From: Thermodesulfobacteriota bacterium
Lineage (GTDB): Bacteria; Desulfobacterota_D; UBA1144; Nemesobacterales; UBA2774
Assembly: GCA_965216785.1 (NCBI GenBank)
Contig: OZ244197.1
Location: 96,001 to 160,000 of the forward strand
Length of the DNA: 64,000 nt
Direction of reading: 5' to 3'
Shown: positions 36,699-48,183 of the stretch, in pieces
How positions within the stretch are numbered: position 1 is the stretch's first letter
How the letters are laid out: every line of letters begins with the position of its first letter
Notes under the pieces: generated by a model
What the model saw: the letters and a program-made list of their open reading frames with translations, nothing else
Databases searched by the model: none
Told to the model about the DNA's origin: nothing
Position numbers and translations under genes: made by a program

Positions 36699-38303
36699 TT
36701 AACTCTTTTTACCGTAGCCGTAAGTCCAGTCGGTAACATGTGGTATTTCTTCAAAATTCTCATGAGGCGGAGGTGATGGGACCTGCCACTCAAGTGAGAG
36801 CGACCCGTAGGGGTTCTGAGGCGCTTTTTCCTTTGAGAATAGTCCAGATATCAGGTTTACGGTCATGATAAGAAGCCCAAGACCCAATATCCACGATCCG
36901 TAAGTTGATAGAGCCATGAGCGATTCGAATTCCTCAGGATATGTAGCGTAGCGTCTCGGCATACCCTGAACACCCAAGAAGAACTGAGGGAAAAACGTAA
37001 CGTTGAACCCAACGAAGATGAGGAACCAGGAAATTTTGGCAATACTCTCGTTAAACATCTTGCCGAACCACTTGGGATACCAGAAGTGAAGCGCTCCCAA
37101 AAAGCCCATTACCGTACCTCCAATCATGACGTAGTGCATGTGAGCAACTACAAAATACGTGTCGTGGAGGTGAATATCGGCCGCTAATGCGCCGAGGAAG
37201 AGCCCCGTGAGTCCGCCGATGGTGAAGAGGAAAAGAAAACCAAGCGCATAGAGCATGGCGGAGTGGAGCTGAATAGAGCCTTTATATAGGGTAGCAGTCC
37301 AGTTGAAAACTTTTATTGCCGTAGGTATGGCTACAAGGAAAGTGAGGAACGAGAAAATAGTCGCCGCGACCTCTGAAATGCCCGCTGTGAACATATGGTG
37401 CGCCCATACTAAAAAGCTTATGAACGCAATGCCAAGACTCGAATATGCAATTGCCTTATATCCAAATATGGGCTTTCTGGCAAAGACCGGAATTATCTCT
37501 GAGATGACACCCATCGCGGGGATGATCATGATGTATACGGCCGGGTGCGAGTAGAACCAGAAAAAGTTCTGAAATAGCACCGGGTCACCGCCCTTGGCGG
37601 GATCGAAGAATCCTACTCCGAGCGTTCTTTCCGCAATAAGCAGTAAGAGCGTAATACCAACTACCGGGGTAGCAAGAAGCTGAAGTATGGCTGTTGCGTA
37701 TGAGGCCCATATGAAAAGCGGTAGTCTGTGCCAGGTCATTCCGGGCGCCCTCATTTTATGAATAGTTACGATGAAGTTCATACCGGTTAGAATCGATGAG
37801 AACCCGAGCACGAACACTCCGAACGTTATAAGCACTACGTCCGCGTCGGTCGTGGCACTGTAGGGCGTATAGAACGTCCAGCCGGTATCTGCGGGCTGAA
37901 GAAGCGCAAACAGTACGATCACGGTCCCAAGAAGGTATATCCACCAACTTCCAATATTTAGCTTGGGGAACGCCACATCAGGCGCGCCTATCATAAGCGG
38001 TATTAGAAAGTTACCGAAGCTCGCCGCAAGTCCAGGGACAATGAAGAAGAATACCATCATGGACCCGTGCAGCGTAAAGAGCACGTTGTATGTGTGTGGA
38101 TCTACAAAGTCCGCAACGGGCGTTAGAAGCTCATAGCGCATAAGCAGCGCTATAATGCCTGCAATCGCGAAGAAAACCGATATCGAGATTAGATATAGGA
38201 TTCCGATTTTTTTATGATCAGTCGTTACAAGCCAGGAAAGCAGCCCCGGTTTCTCTTGTAAAAACGGTACATACACATGTTCGGCAATAGTATTATTTGC
38301 CAT
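36699..38303 (-). CDS. ctaD: Cytochrome c oxidase subunit I (type A2)
   Basis: [34 protein letters not shown]. Confidence 0.97.
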   Translation of the reverse strand: MANNTIAEHVYVPFLQEKPGLLSWLVTTDHKKIGILYLISISVFFAIAGIIALLMRYELLTPVADFVDPHTYNVLFTLHGSMMVFFFIVPGLAASFGNFLIPLMIGAPDVAFPKLNIGSWWIYLLGTVIVLFALLQPADTGWTFYTPYSATTDADVVLITFGVFVLGFSSILTGMNFIVTIHKMRAPGMTWHRLPLFIWASYATAILQLLATPVVGITLLLLIAERTLGVGFFDPAKGGDPVLFQNFFWFYSHPAVYIMIIPAMGVISEIIPVFARKPIFGYKAIAYSSLGIAFISFLVWAHHMFTAGISEVAATIFSFLTFLVAIPTAIKVFNWTATLYKGSIQLHSAMLYALGFLFLFTIGGLTGLFLGALAADIHLHDTYFVVAHMHYVMIGGTVMGFLGALHFWYPKWFGKMFNESIAKISWFLIFVGFNVTFFPQFFLGVQGMPRRYATYPEEFESLMALSTYGSWILGLGLLIMTVNLISGLFSKEKAPQNPYGSLSLEWQVPSPPPHENFEEIPHVTDWTYGYGKKS

Positions 38304-38331
38304 TATTACGCCTCCTTAAAGATTAAAAACT

Positions 38332-39270
38332 TCAGTTAAGTGTTTTCATATACGCAATTAGCGCAGAAATGTCATCTTCGCTTAGTATACCTTTAAATGA
38401 CGGCATTACAGGCTGAAACCCCTTTACAATCTGAGCCTGCGGCTCAAGTATCGACTGTCTTATATAATTTTCATCCACAGAGTAGCTTTCGCCGTCCGCA
38501 AGCTCTCCTGTCTTGCCTATTAGGCCCTTAAAAGACGGACCTAAAACCACCGAGCCGTCAACGCTGTGACAGGCGTTACAACCCTTTTCCGTATATAGCT
38601 TTTCCCCAAGCTCCGCAGCACTCAAACCGGCAACCGCGGGGCCTTCTTCTACCTGGGCTCCGTTCTCCCATATATCATAGGCTTCAGGGCTCAGTACGTT
38701 CACCTTTGCGAGCATTTTCGAATGCCCGGTGCCGCAGTACTCGGCACAGAACAAATCGAACGTGCCGACTTTAGTCGGAGTAAACCAGAGCTGGGTATAA
38801 CGCCCGGGAATGAGATCTTGCTTAACGCGGAACTGCGGTACGAAAAAGCTGTGCAGCACGTCGTCAGCCCTCATCACCATTCTTACCGGAACATTCTGTT
38901 CTACAAAAAGCTCGTTCAACGTTTTCTTACCGTTATAATAATCAAACTCCCAAAGCCACTGCTTTCCTACCACAGTTATATCGACCGCGTCCTTAGGCGG
39001 GGTCCTCATGTCCTTATAGACAACAAAGGCGTATACGAATAGGACAATAAGCAGAATCGATGGGATTACGGTCCAAATTATTTCTAATGGCTCGCTTCCG
39101 GTGATGTAAGGAGTCTCGTCGTTCTCTGAGCGTCTTCTATATTTTATAGAGAAATAAACTAGCAAAACCGTTATGAGCACAAAGAAAACGACAGACATTA
39201 TAGTAATAAGCCACAGCACCCCGTCCACTTTACCAGCCAGATTCGATGCAACTTCGGGAATCCAAGTCAT
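38332..39270 (-). CDS. ctaC: Cytochrome c oxidase subunit II with fused cytochrome c (caa3)
   Basis: DVLHSF, CAEYCGTGHSKM CuA motif, CNACH. Confidence 0.96.
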   Translation of the reverse strand: MTWIPEVASNLAGKVDGVLWLITIMSVVFFVLITVLLVYFSIKYRRRSENDETPYITGSEPLEIIWTVIPSILLIVLFVYAFVVYKDMRTPPKDAVDITVVGKQWLWEFDYYNGKKTLNELFVEQNVPVRMVMRADDVLHSFFVPQFRVKQDLIPGRYTQLWFTPTKVGTFDLFCAEYCGTGHSKMLAKVNVLSPEAYDIWENGAQVEEGPAVAGLSAAELGEKLYTEKGCNACHSVDGSVVLGPSFKGLIGKTGELADGESYSVDENYIRQSILEPQAQIVKGFQPVMPSFKGILSEDDISALIAYMKTLN

Positions 39271-39294
39271 ATGATATCCTTTAAACCTCCATTC

Positions 39295-40116
39295 CTATTG
39301 GGGGTCCTTATTCTCTCTTCTCCAGAAATATGTCAATGTTCCGCATAACAGCAGTAACGTGACAACCCCGCTTGCTTTAACAATATTGAGCGCTTTTAGT
39401 GCATATCTTTTTCCAATCGGATCAAACCCATAGCAAAAAAGAAGTACCTGATTCATTAATTTAGATGAGCCTATTTCCCCTCTTGAAGTCTCAAGAAGTG
39501 ACAGCCTGAAGTCTGAGGGTTCATGCTGTATACCGTGTAGATACCTCGTGACTTTTCCTTCGGGTGAAATAAAAATCAGAGCGGAGCCGTGGGCAAACTC
39601 GTCCCCGTCTTTAAAGTATCTGAATCCCACAGAATCGGTAAGACTTTTAATGTTTTCGGCACTACCTGTAAGAAACTGCCAGTCCGACACACCCGGGTCG
39701 GCGTTTTTAACCGCCCCTCTGTAACGTAGAGCCTTAGACTCGGCAAGCTCAGGGGTTTCTTCAGGGTCAAAGCTCACTGTTAGTACTTTATAATCTTCAC
39801 CGAGAGTAAGGTAGTTGAGCTCACCTATTACTTGAAGAAGTCCGTCTGTCGCGAAATTACAAACTCTCGGGCAGCTATAGTACACTAGGTTCAAAACTGT
39901 GGGAACATCTTGGGATAGTAATTCTTTGGTTGTGACTGTATCTCCGGTTTCATTTACAAGCTCTATGTCAGAAGGTATATAGGCCCCGAGTTTTTCATCG
40001 ATCCCCATATTCTTAACGTCTCTTGCATCTGTCAGCGCGAAAGCAATATTGGAGCTAAGCAGCATTAGCGTCGCAGCTGTAATCACAGTAAACCGAATGT
40101 AAATATTATTATTCAT
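39295..40116 (-). CDS. SCO family copper chaperone
   Basis: YYSCPRVC, SFDP.ET, FAH. Confidence 0.92.
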   Translation of the reverse strand: MNNNIYIRFTVITAATLMLLSSNIAFALTDARDVKNMGIDEKLGAYIPSDIELVNETGDTVTTKELLSQDVPTVLNLVYYSCPRVCNFATDGLLQVIGELNYLTLGEDYKVLTVSFDPEETPELAESKALRYRGAVKNADPGVSDWQFLTGSAENIKSLTDSVGFRYFKDGDEFAHGSALIFISPEGKVTRYLHGIQHEPSDFRLSLLETSRGEIGSSKLMNQVLLFCYGFDPIGKRYALKALNIVKASGVVTLLLLCGTLTYFWRRENKDPQ

Positions 40117-40397
40117 GAAATTATATGCCCTAATTACAGAACTCTTTGTATCACCCGACTACACTCGCTTTGCCTGCAAACTACTTATGATGAAGAGTCG
40201 GCTTTTCCCATAATTTCAGTGTGATAACAGGGTATTACTATAAATACTGGTGTGGTTATTTGCCTTTATGTATTCTTGACCCTAATAACCAAAACGTGCT
40301 TGATTGTAGCTGATTATAAAATCATGTCAAGCCCGGAATGAAGCGCGTATGAAGACAATATTTGGAACTTAAAACTATTGATTATAGTATTATTCCT

Positions 40398-41360
40398 ATG
40401 GGCTCAATTACAGATATAGAAGGTATAAAAGTAGGACACGCCTCTGACACTGAAGCGGTAACCGGGTGTACAGTGATACTTTTTGATAAACCCGCACTAG
40501 GCGCAGTCGACATGAGAGGCGGCGGAACGAGTACAAGACAGATAGACCCTCTGCTCTCACACAACACGTTCGGAAAAATCCACGGAGTGCTGTTTACCGG
40601 CGGTAGCGCGTTTGGCCTTGACGCCTCGAGTGGGGTAATGAAATATCTTGAGGAAAATAATACGGGCCTCCACGTGGGCGGCGGAACTTATGTGCCCTCT
40701 GTTCCCACAGCCGTTATATTCGACCTCGGTATAGGGGACGGAACCGTGAGACCGAACAGTGAAATGGGATACAGAGCCTGTGTCAACGCTAAGAGTGATA
40801 ACACTGAGCAAGGCAGCGTGGGCGCGGGAACGGGAGCAAGTATCGGAAAGCTCCTTGGAATAAGCCATGCGACGAAGGGGGGAATCGGGCAGTCGAGCTT
40901 CAAATTTGAAAACGGAGTCACGGTCGGAGTACTTACGGTAGTGAATGCTTTTGGAGATATCGTATCGAGAAAAACGGGGGAAGTAATAGCAGGGCTTAGA
41001 GACACGCCTGACGGGAATACTTTTCCGGGTACCGTAAATCTTATGAGAAAGGGCGTGGTGAGAGAATTTGAAGAGCCTTGGAATACAACACTAGCCCTGG
41101 TCGCAACCGACGCGGAGCTGTCCAACGGAGAGCTTGAGAGAGTATCCATAATGGCTCAAAGCGGACTTTCCAAAGTGATCTCTCCCGTAAACACAGGAGC
41201 AGACGGCGATCTGGTAGTAGCAGTATCCACAGGAGGCCTTAAGGGAGACGCAAATGCCGTTGGCTCGGTCGCGGCTGAGCTGCTCGCGGAATCTATAGTA
41301 AGGGCGTCCCAGGAATCTAAAAGCCTTGGCGGCGTACCATCCCCAGCGGATTTTAGGTAG
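40398..41360 (+). CDS. P1/S58 family peptidase (DmpA-like)
   Basis: GIKVGH, TGCTV, GGSAFGL, GAGTGA, NTTL. Confidence 0.9.
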   Translation: MGSITDIEGIKVGHASDTEAVTGCTVILFDKPALGAVDMRGGGTSTRQIDPLLSHNTFGKIHGVLFTGGSAFGLDASSGVMKYLEENNTGLHVGGGTYVPSVPTAVIFDLGIGDGTVRPNSEMGYRACVNAKSDNTEQGSVGAGTGASIGKLLGISHATKGGIGQSSFKFENGVTVGVLTVVNAFGDIVSRKTGEVIAGLRDTPDGNTFPGTVNLMRKGVVREFEEPWNTTLALVATDAELSNGELERVSIMAQSGLSKVISPVNTGADGDLVVAVSTGGLKGDANAVGSVAAELLAESIVRASQESKSLGGVPSPADFR

Positions 41361-41367
41361 AGAAAAG

Positions 41368-42495
41368 CTATTTAAGGTCTATAGCCTCTCCTGCAGACAT
41401 GGAGAACTTTCGCATCCTGATCCCAAGCACGATGCCGACCCCGATAAAAGCGGTAAGTGTGGAAGAGCCACCGTAGCTGAATATCAGAAGCGGCACTCCC
41501 GTAACGGGCAGTAGACCGACAACCATGCCTACATTGACAAGGACGTGCCAGAAGAACATCGCGGCTATTCCGAACGATACAAGCATCGAGAATTTATCAC
41601 GCGATCGTCCCGAAGTATCCAGAATCCAAAGGATGATCATAAAATAAAGAAGCAGCGCGAATATCCCGCCCAAAAAACCCCACTCTTCTGCGAGTACAGA
41701 GAAAGCGAAATCCGTCTGCTGCGCGGGAATAAATCTGAGCTGAGACTGAGAGCCTGCCTTAAACCCCTTTCCGATTATCCTTCCCGAGCCTACTGCAATC
41801 TGTGACTGAATTGCATTGTAACCTGCGTCAAGCGGGTCTCTTGAGGGATCGAGAAAAGTCTTGATCCTGTCTTTTTGATAGGGCTTCAGAAAAAAGTTCC
41901 ACGCGGGATATGACAGAGCAAGCAGCGCGACTAATATTAAAGCTACAGAGCGTTTCCTGACACCCATGAAAAGCACCATGCTCCCCGAGATGAGAATAAT
42001 GGTGAGAGCGGTCCCCAGATCGGGCTGCATCATCACAAGAGCAAGCGGAAGCCCGATTAGCGCAGCGGGCTTAATTAGATCGAGGAAGCCGTAAGGACCC
42101 TGCTGGTAGTCATTGTCGTAGAACCGCGCGAGAGCCAGAATCAGCGGGATCTTAATAAACTCGGAGGGTTGTATCGTCCCTAGAGAGCCGATCTGAATCC
42201 AGCTCGATGAGCCGGAGACTGTCTTTCCGAAAAAGAGCACATAGACAAGAAGCAGTACCGAGAGAGCGTAGATATATAGAGAGTACCTTTTGAGGAGACG
42301 GTAGTTAATAAAGGATATGAGTATCATGATGACTATGCCGATGACCACCCAAACAAGCTGTTTTTTGAATGAAGCAAGCCCGGTCTCGTATGAAGCGCTG
42401 TAGAGGTTGAGTAGCGCTATGCACGAAAAAGCTATAGTCATAAAGAATAAAGACCACCCGAAGCCAATGAGCAGTCTTCTATCAAACATTATCAT
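41368..42495 (-). CDS. rodA: Rod shape-determining protein RodA
   Basis: QPSEF, QPDLGT, TDF, SYGGSS. Confidence 0.96.
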   Translation of the reverse strand: MIMFDRRLLIGFGWSLFFMTIAFSCIALLNLYSASYETGLASFKKQLVWVVIGIVIMILISFINYRLLKRYSLYIYALSVLLLVYVLFFGKTVSGSSSWIQIGSLGTIQPSEFIKIPLILALARFYDNDYQQGPYGFLDLIKPAALIGLPLALVMMQPDLGTALTIILISGSMVLFMGVRKRSVALILVALLALSYPAWNFFLKPYQKDRIKTFLDPSRDPLDAGYNAIQSQIAVGSGRIIGKGFKAGSQSQLRFIPAQQTDFAFSVLAEEWGFLGGIFALLLYFMIILWILDTSGRSRDKFSMLVSFGIAAMFFWHVLVNVGMVVGLLPVTGVPLLIFSYGGSSTLTAFIGVGIVLGIRMRKFSMSAGEAIDLK

Positions 42496-44293
42496 CTAAG
42501 TCTCTTGTCTCCTGAAGCTTTTTATAAAGCTCTAGAATCTGCTTTGCCAGAGGAGCTGCGACAGCGCCTCCCTTGCCTCCGTGCTCTACAAGCACAACGA
42601 CCGCGATCTCAGGGGCCTGTGCCGGAGCATAGGACATAAACCAGGCATGGTCTCCGTGTTTTCTCTTATCGCTTTGAGAATCAAGTGATACGACCTGCGC
42701 TGTGCCGGTCTTGCCAGCAACTGTATAATTCTCCATCCTGGCCCTTCTCCCCGTTCCGCCCGGGTCGTTGACAACCCCTATAAGAGCGTCCTGTATTAAA
42801 GCGATCTTATCATCTTCGAGAGGTATGGTCGCGACTACCTCCGCGCTGTTCTGAACTACGGTTTCACCTTCTCTGGTTTTAATCTTCCTGACAATATTTG
42901 GCTTTAAAATAGCGCCTCCGTTGGCAACCGAGGCGGTCATCATCGCTACCTGAAGAGGAGTCGCGCTTACGTAGCCCTGCCCTATGGCGGAGACTACAGT
43001 CTCACCCTGATACCAGGGTTTGTTGAATCTTTTAAGCTTCCATTCTCTGCTCGGAGCTACCCCCGCCCTTTCTTCTATACCGATTCCTGAAAGAGAGCCG
43101 AAACCAAACAATTTTATGTACTTACTGAATTTGTCTATGCCTAATTTCTCAGCCAATTTATAAAAATACACATCACAGGAATGTACTACGGCGAGTCTTA
43201 AATTGACCCATCCGTGTCCGCCTCTTTTCCAGCATCTAAATGTATTTCTTCCAAGCTTGTATTGACCGGGGCAGTTTACGAGCGTATCCGGGGTTACTAC
43301 GCCTTCTTTCAGCCCCGCTACGACCGGGACGACTTTAAACACCGATCCTGGCGCGTAAACACCCTGGGTGGAACGGTTAAGAAGAGGATAGGATTTATCG
43401 TTTATGAGCTCTGACCAGGTTTTTGAGTCTATACCTTTTATAAAATCTTCGGGATTAAAAGTGGGATTACTGGCAAGCGCGAGCACCTCGCCCGTATTTA
43501 CGTCAACGGCAACTATGGAGCCTGACTGCTCACCAAGCGCCTCCTCGGCTCCTCTCTGAAGATCTATATCGACAGTGAGTATGACGTCATTTCCCGATAC
43601 GCTCTTTTTGTTCGTGAGGTCTTTTTGAAATAGGCTGGAATCGACCCCCCTGCCGAGCGCATCAGTTACGTTTTGGATGTAACCGTCCTCACCGCGGAGG
43701 TAGGACTGCCAATTCTTCTCTACACCGCTTTTGCCCACCAGGTCGTTTCTGTTGGTCTTGGGATCCTTCTTGAGCTCATCTTCACTCACTTTACCTATGT
43801 ATCCGAGAAACGACGCGCCGAGCTTGCCGCGCGGGTATTTTCTCAGGTTGTTAACCTCTACGATCAGACCGGGGAGAGCGCTCTTACGGGCCTCTATGTA
43901 AGCAAGCTGGTCACGGTCGATGTCCTTGGCCAGAAGCACTGGACTGAAGCGGCTTATTTTCTTGGCGGAGTTTATTTTCTCTACTAAGGAGGAGGGCTCT
44001 AAATTGAGCACGCCTGAAAGCGATAGGCTAAGCTCTTGTATATCCTGAATCTCTTCAGGCAGCGCGTACACATCGAAAGAAGGACGGTTGACGACAAGCT
44101 CTCTTCCGAATCTGTCTAGAATCCTTCCCCTGGGCGCGGGGACTCTTTCAATTCTTATTCGGTTATCGAGCGAGAACTCTTCAAACTCGTCGCCCTTAAG
44201 TACCTGGAGATACCAGAGCCTCGAGGCCAGCACAAGGAATGCTATAGCCAGAATGACGGTAACAATTACGAGTCTATTTTTGAAGTTTTGCAT
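42482..44293 (-). CDS. mrdA: Penicillin-binding protein 2
   Basis: PGSVFK, SCD, KTGTAQ. Confidence 0.96.
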   Translation of the reverse strand: MQNFKNRLVIVTVILAIAFLVLASRLWYLQVLKGDEFEEFSLDNRIRIERVPAPRGRILDRFGRELVVNRPSFDVYALPEEIQDIQELSLSLSGVLNLEPSSLVEKINSAKKISRFSPVLLAKDIDRDQLAYIEARKSALPGLIVEVNNLRKYPRGKLGASFLGYIGKVSEDELKKDPKTNRNDLVGKSGVEKNWQSYLRGEDGYIQNVTDALGRGVDSSLFQKDLTNKKSVSGNDVILTVDIDLQRGAEEALGEQSGSIVAVDVNTGEVLALASNPTFNPEDFIKGIDSKTWSELINDKSYPLLNRSTQGVYAPGSVFKVVPVVAGLKEGVVTPDTLVNCPGQYKLGRNTFRCWKRGGHGWVNLRLAVVHSCDVYFYKLAEKLGIDKFSKYIKLFGFGSLSGIGIEERAGVAPSREWKLKRFNKPWYQGETVVSAIGQGYVSATPLQVAMMTASVANGGAILKPNIVRKIKTREGETVVQNSAEVVATIPLEDDKIALIQDALIGVVNDPGGTGRRARMENYTVAGKTGTAQVVSLDSQSDKRKHGDHAWFMSYAPAQAPEIAVVVLVEHGGKGGAVAAPLAKQILELYKKLQETRDLDDNV

Positions 44294-44765
44294 GAAGCCT
44301 CGCAATCACCCAAAATAGCGGAATTCCTACAATCGTATTAACTACGGCTTGAGTCATAATTTCACTCAGCGTTAGAGTGAAGTATGTATCCTGTCTAATT
44401 TTAAATATAGAAATAATAAATGTCCATGAAAAAATTGTAGCTACAAAAATCACCAGTCCCTGCACGAGCCACTTTTTGAGATAAACGTGGTTAGAGCTCG
44501 TTCTAACCAGGAGATACGCGCTCAGGCGCGAAATAGTGAAAGTGCCCGGCAAATTGCCGGAGAGTACATCCATAAGATAACCGTTACCCGTGGCTAATAC
44601 GAGACTCCCCCTTACCTCTGAATATACGCCGAGAAATACGATTAGGATTAGATTTAAGTCCGGGAATACATAACCTACTTTTCTAGGCGATAATATTGTT
44701 GTCTGGAGTGTGATAAAGAGTAAGGATATGAGAGCGAATAATATTATGGATAGTGTTTTATTCAT
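44274..44765 (-). CDS. mreD: Rod shape-determining protein MreD
   Basis: Hydrophobic, PDL motif, operon position. Confidence 0.85.
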   Translation of the reverse strand: MNKTLSIILFALISLLFITLQTTILSPRKVGYVFPDLNLILIVFLGVYSEVRGSLVLATGNGYLMDVLSGNLPGTFTISRLSAYLLVRTSSNHVYLKKWLVQGLVIFVATIFSWTFIISIFKIRQDTYFTLTLSEIMTQAVVNTIVGIPLFWVIARLHAKLQK

Positions 44766-45585
44766 TTAATACGACGCTGTCCACGTTTTTAAGTATTATA
44801 ACCACCTCTTCAAGCGAATTTAAATCCACGTGCGGGGAAACAGTTGCGGTGATAAAGCTGCCGTCTGCTTCGATGTCTGTCACAGTACCTATTATCACAC
44901 CCTTGGGGAAAAAGCCGTCCTTGCCAGAGGATATGACTTTATCGCCAATGCTTACGTCTGATTTCTTTTCTATATACTGCATGATACAGCCGCTGCCGGT
45001 GCCTTTCACAATGCCCCTTGCCCGCGTTCTGTGAATGTAGGCGTCGACCGCGCTTACAGGGTCGGTGATGAGAAGCACTTCGGAGCTCTTGTCGGCTGAA
45101 ACGAGTATCCGGCCTACTATTCCGTCGTAAGACGCGACGGGCATTCCCTGGGTTATACTGGAGCCCGTGCCCTTATCGACTAAGACGACCTGGGAGCGGA
45201 GTATGGAGGGGCTTGCGCCTATCACGTTTGCAGACACCACGGGATAGGAGGTTCTCTCTTTAAATTTGAGGAGCTTCTTCAGCCTTTTATTTTGCACCTG
45301 TGCTTCGCTAAGCTCAAACCTTTCCTGACGAAGAATATCGATCTCCTGCTGGAGCCTCATGTTGTCCTCTCTAAGCTGTACCAGGTCAAGGTATCTGTAC
45401 CAAACGGATACAACCTTGCTCGTAGAGGCTGAAACGAATTTCTGAGGATAATAAGTCACTGCCAGGACTAACCTGGATAGGGGATTATTGGCGGCCTTAT
45501 CCTGCTGGTATAGAGAGAAGAGCTGGATAGCCGCAAAAAACAGAATTAGTGTAATAAGTATAGTACGGCGTTTAAAGAAGCCCAT
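44758..45585 (-). CDS. mreC: Rod shape-determining protein MreC
   Basis: Coiled coil, DKG, GIVGR, FPKG. Confidence 0.95.
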   Translation of the reverse strand: MGFFKRRTILITLILFFAAIQLFSLYQQDKAANNPLSRLVLAVTYYPQKFVSASTSKVVSVWYRYLDLVQLREDNMRLQQEIDILRQERFELSEAQVQNKRLKKLLKFKERTSYPVVSANVIGASPSILRSQVVLVDKGTGSSITQGMPVASYDGIVGRILVSADKSSEVLLITDPVSAVDAYIHRTRARGIVKGTGSGCIMQYIEKKSDVSIGDKVISSGKDGFFPKGVIIGTVTDIEADGSFITATVSPHVDLNSLEEVVIILKNVDSVVLNE

Positions 45586-45636
45586 TTACCACCCACAACC
45601 GTATTTAAGTTTAATAAGAGAAATCTAACCGGGTTT

Positions 45637-46680
45637 CTAAGAATAGGCCATGCTTACTTCTCTTAGAAGGTTCAGCTCATCAAGAGCCTTACCCGATCCG
45701 AATACTACGCATGTTAGAGGATCATCGGCTCTTGCAACCGGAAGCCCGGTCTCTTCTTTAATGAGCTCGTCCAGATTGCCGAGAAGCGCGCCCCCTCCGG
45801 TTAGTATAATTCCGCTGTCGACAATATCGGCAGCAAGCTCCGGGGGAGTTCTTTCAAGGGTCTGTTTTATGGCCTCGATGATGAGACTTACGGGCTCGGT
45901 GAGGGCCTCTTTAACTTCTTCTGAAGTTATTTCAATCGTACGGGGAATACCCGCTCGAAGGTCTCTGCCTTTTACGTTCATTGAGCCCACGTCACCGTTT
46001 CCGAGCACTTTGCCCAGTTTCTTTTTCACATCCTCTGCTGTTCTCTCACCAATCAGCATGTTGTAGTTACGCTTTACGTACTGCAGAATGGATTCGTCAA
46101 GCTTGTCGCCGCCTACTTTGATCGATTTGCTAACAACAATTCCCGCAAGAGAAATAACCGCTACCCCTGTGGTACCGCCCCCAATATCGACAACCATGTT
46201 GCCCGCGGGTTCTGTGACCGGCATGCCTGCTCCGATTGCGGCGGACATGGTCTCTTCGATCAGATAAACTTCCCTCGCTCCTGCAGCCTCTGCAGATTCT
46301 TTCACTGCCCTTTTTTCTACCTCTGTGATACCTATAGGAACGGATACGATAATCCTTGGCCTAACGAAGCTCTTACGGTTATTATGAGTTTTTCTGATGA
46401 AGTACTCGAGCATCTTCTGAGCGACGTCAAAATCGGCGATCACCCCATCCTTAAGAGGCCTGATAGCCTTAATTGAGCCTGGCGTTCTTCCGACCATATT
46501 CTTTGCTTCCGTACCTACGGCCAGGATCTTCTTGGTGCCCTTCACATCTTCCTGAACGGCCACCACAGAAGGCTCGTTGGCTACAATCCCCTTACCTCTT
46601 ACATAAACAAGCGTATTTGCAGTTCCCAAATCAACAGCCAGGTCATTTGAAAACCACCCTAGTATAGCGTCAAATATCAT
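45637..46680 (-). CDS. mreB: Actin-like MreB
   Basis: [22 protein letters not shown]. Confidence 0.97.
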   Translation of the reverse strand: MIFDAILGWFSNDLAVDLGTANTLVYVRGKGIVANEPSVVAVQEDVKGTKKILAVGTEAKNMVGRTPGSIKAIRPLKDGVIADFDVAQKMLEYFIRKTHNNRKSFVRPRIIVSVPIGITEVEKRAVKESAEAAGAREVYLIEETMSAAIGAGMPVTEPAGNMVVDIGGGTTGVAVISLAGIVVSKSIKVGGDKLDESILQYVKRNYNMLIGERTAEDVKKKLGKVLGNGDVGSMNVKGRDLRAGIPRTIEITSEEVKEALTEPVSLIIEAIKQTLERTPPELAADIVDSGIILTGGGALLGNLDELIKEETGLPVARADDPLTCVVFGSGKALDELNLLREVSMAYS

Positions 46681-46889
46681 TTCCAGAACCCTCCCAACCG
46701 AATTAATGCAAAACCCGAGTAAAAATTATTAATTACGGCTCTTTAATGAATATACCCAACCCTAATTATTAAGTACTTTTTCAAAAAATACAACCGTAAC
46801 TTCATACTATAATTGAAAGGGAAATAAAATCAAGGAGTTTCGGGGCAATATTAACCCTATTTATACCATATTCCGGATATATAACCGAG

Positions 46890-47978
46890 CTAAAAAGGAA
46901 TGCTGGAAACAACGGCATTATCTTGAGTTTCAGATTTACTGTCTTCAGCCGATTTAACAGTGATTTTAGTGCCGGGCTCCTTGAACTCTCTTCTTATGTA
47001 CCCAAGCGCAATCGGCTTTCCTAAAGATGGTGAGAACACCCCGCTTGTGATACGCCCGATTTTACGCTCCCCTAAAAATAATTGATCCCCAGGTTCAGGA
47101 ACCCTGTCTCCCTCGACCACAAACCCCATGAGATGCCAGTTGACATGCCCTCTCCATTTTATCCTTGCCACTACCTCCTGCCCCACATAACAGCCCTTCT
47201 CGAAATCAAGCGCGTCCCAAAGGGCCGCCTCGATCGGGATGTTGCTCTCATCCATATCAGTGCCGTAGACCGCAATGCCAGCCTCGACACGGAGAGTATT
47301 CATTGCTTCAAATCCTGCCGGGGTTATGCCGAATTCCTCGCCGCTGGTAATGAATAAATTCCAGACTGTGGAAGCAGCTTCTCCGGGCATATAGATATCG
47401 TAACCGTCCATGGGAGTCCTACTCACTTTTACGACCGTTACATCATTGCCGTTTATATCGGCACGAAAATGATCGTATTCCTCCATATCTTTGGGAGAGG
47501 TTCCTAAAGTTTTGAATAGTAGTTCTCTAGCCTTGGGACCATTTATCGAGAAAAGCCCGAGCTCTTCAGAGAGGTCGTCTATATCCGCCTTATAGGATAG
47601 TCTGTATTTCTTAAGTAGCTCGGCTACTTTTAGATTCAGGCCGGGCTCCAGATCAAGAAACGCGGAAGCCTCTTCTTTGTACACCTTCATATCCGAAACC
47701 ATACGCCCCTTAACCGTCAGAAGCGCCGCGTGCACGCCCTTTTCGGGCTCAAGCTTTACTACGTCGTTTGTGAGCATGCCCTGGAGGAATCTGAGATGGT
47801 CTTTGCCCGAGAGTCTGAGCTTGCCGCGGTGCGAGAGGTCTGAAATACCAACCGTAGTCCTTACAGCCTCATACTCGTTTTTAGTATCTCCGTAGTCGCT
47901 TGGTAATAGCCAATCTCCATTATCTGTGAAGTTTGCGCCTGATGCCAGGTGTGTGTCGTGAAGAGTAAGTTTATTCAT
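46890..47978 (-). CDS. ygfZ: GcvT-fold folate-binding protein YgfZ-like
   Basis: KGCYVGQE signature. Confidence 0.85.
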   Translation of the reverse strand: MNKLTLHDTHLASGANFTDNGDWLLPSDYGDTKNEYEAVRTTVGISDLSHRGKLRLSGKDHLRFLQGMLTNDVVKLEPEKGVHAALLTVKGRMVSDMKVYKEEASAFLDLEPGLNLKVAELLKKYRLSYKADIDDLSEELGLFSINGPKARELLFKTLGTSPKDMEEYDHFRADINGNDVTVVKVSRTPMDGYDIYMPGEAASTVWNLFITSGEEFGITPAGFEAMNTLRVEAGIAVYGTDMDESNIPIEAALWDALDFEKGCYVGQEVVARIKWRGHVNWHLMGFVVEGDRVPEPGDQLFLGERKIGRITSGVFSPSLGKPIALGYIRREFKEPGTKITVKSAEDSKSETQDNAVVSSIPF

Positions 47979-48183
47979 AATACGGTCCGGTTTTGTAAAG
48001 TATGAACGAATATTAATCTATGTACTGATAATATAAAGGGTCGTAGACCCTCACACAAAGCTGAATCCTTCACCGCACGCGCGCTATCTAATACGTAACA
48101 ATTTGAATGCGGGATTAGAGTATAACTTGAAAAACTTATCTTCAAATGTAGTATAAAGCCAAGACAATCTCCGAGGTTAGAAA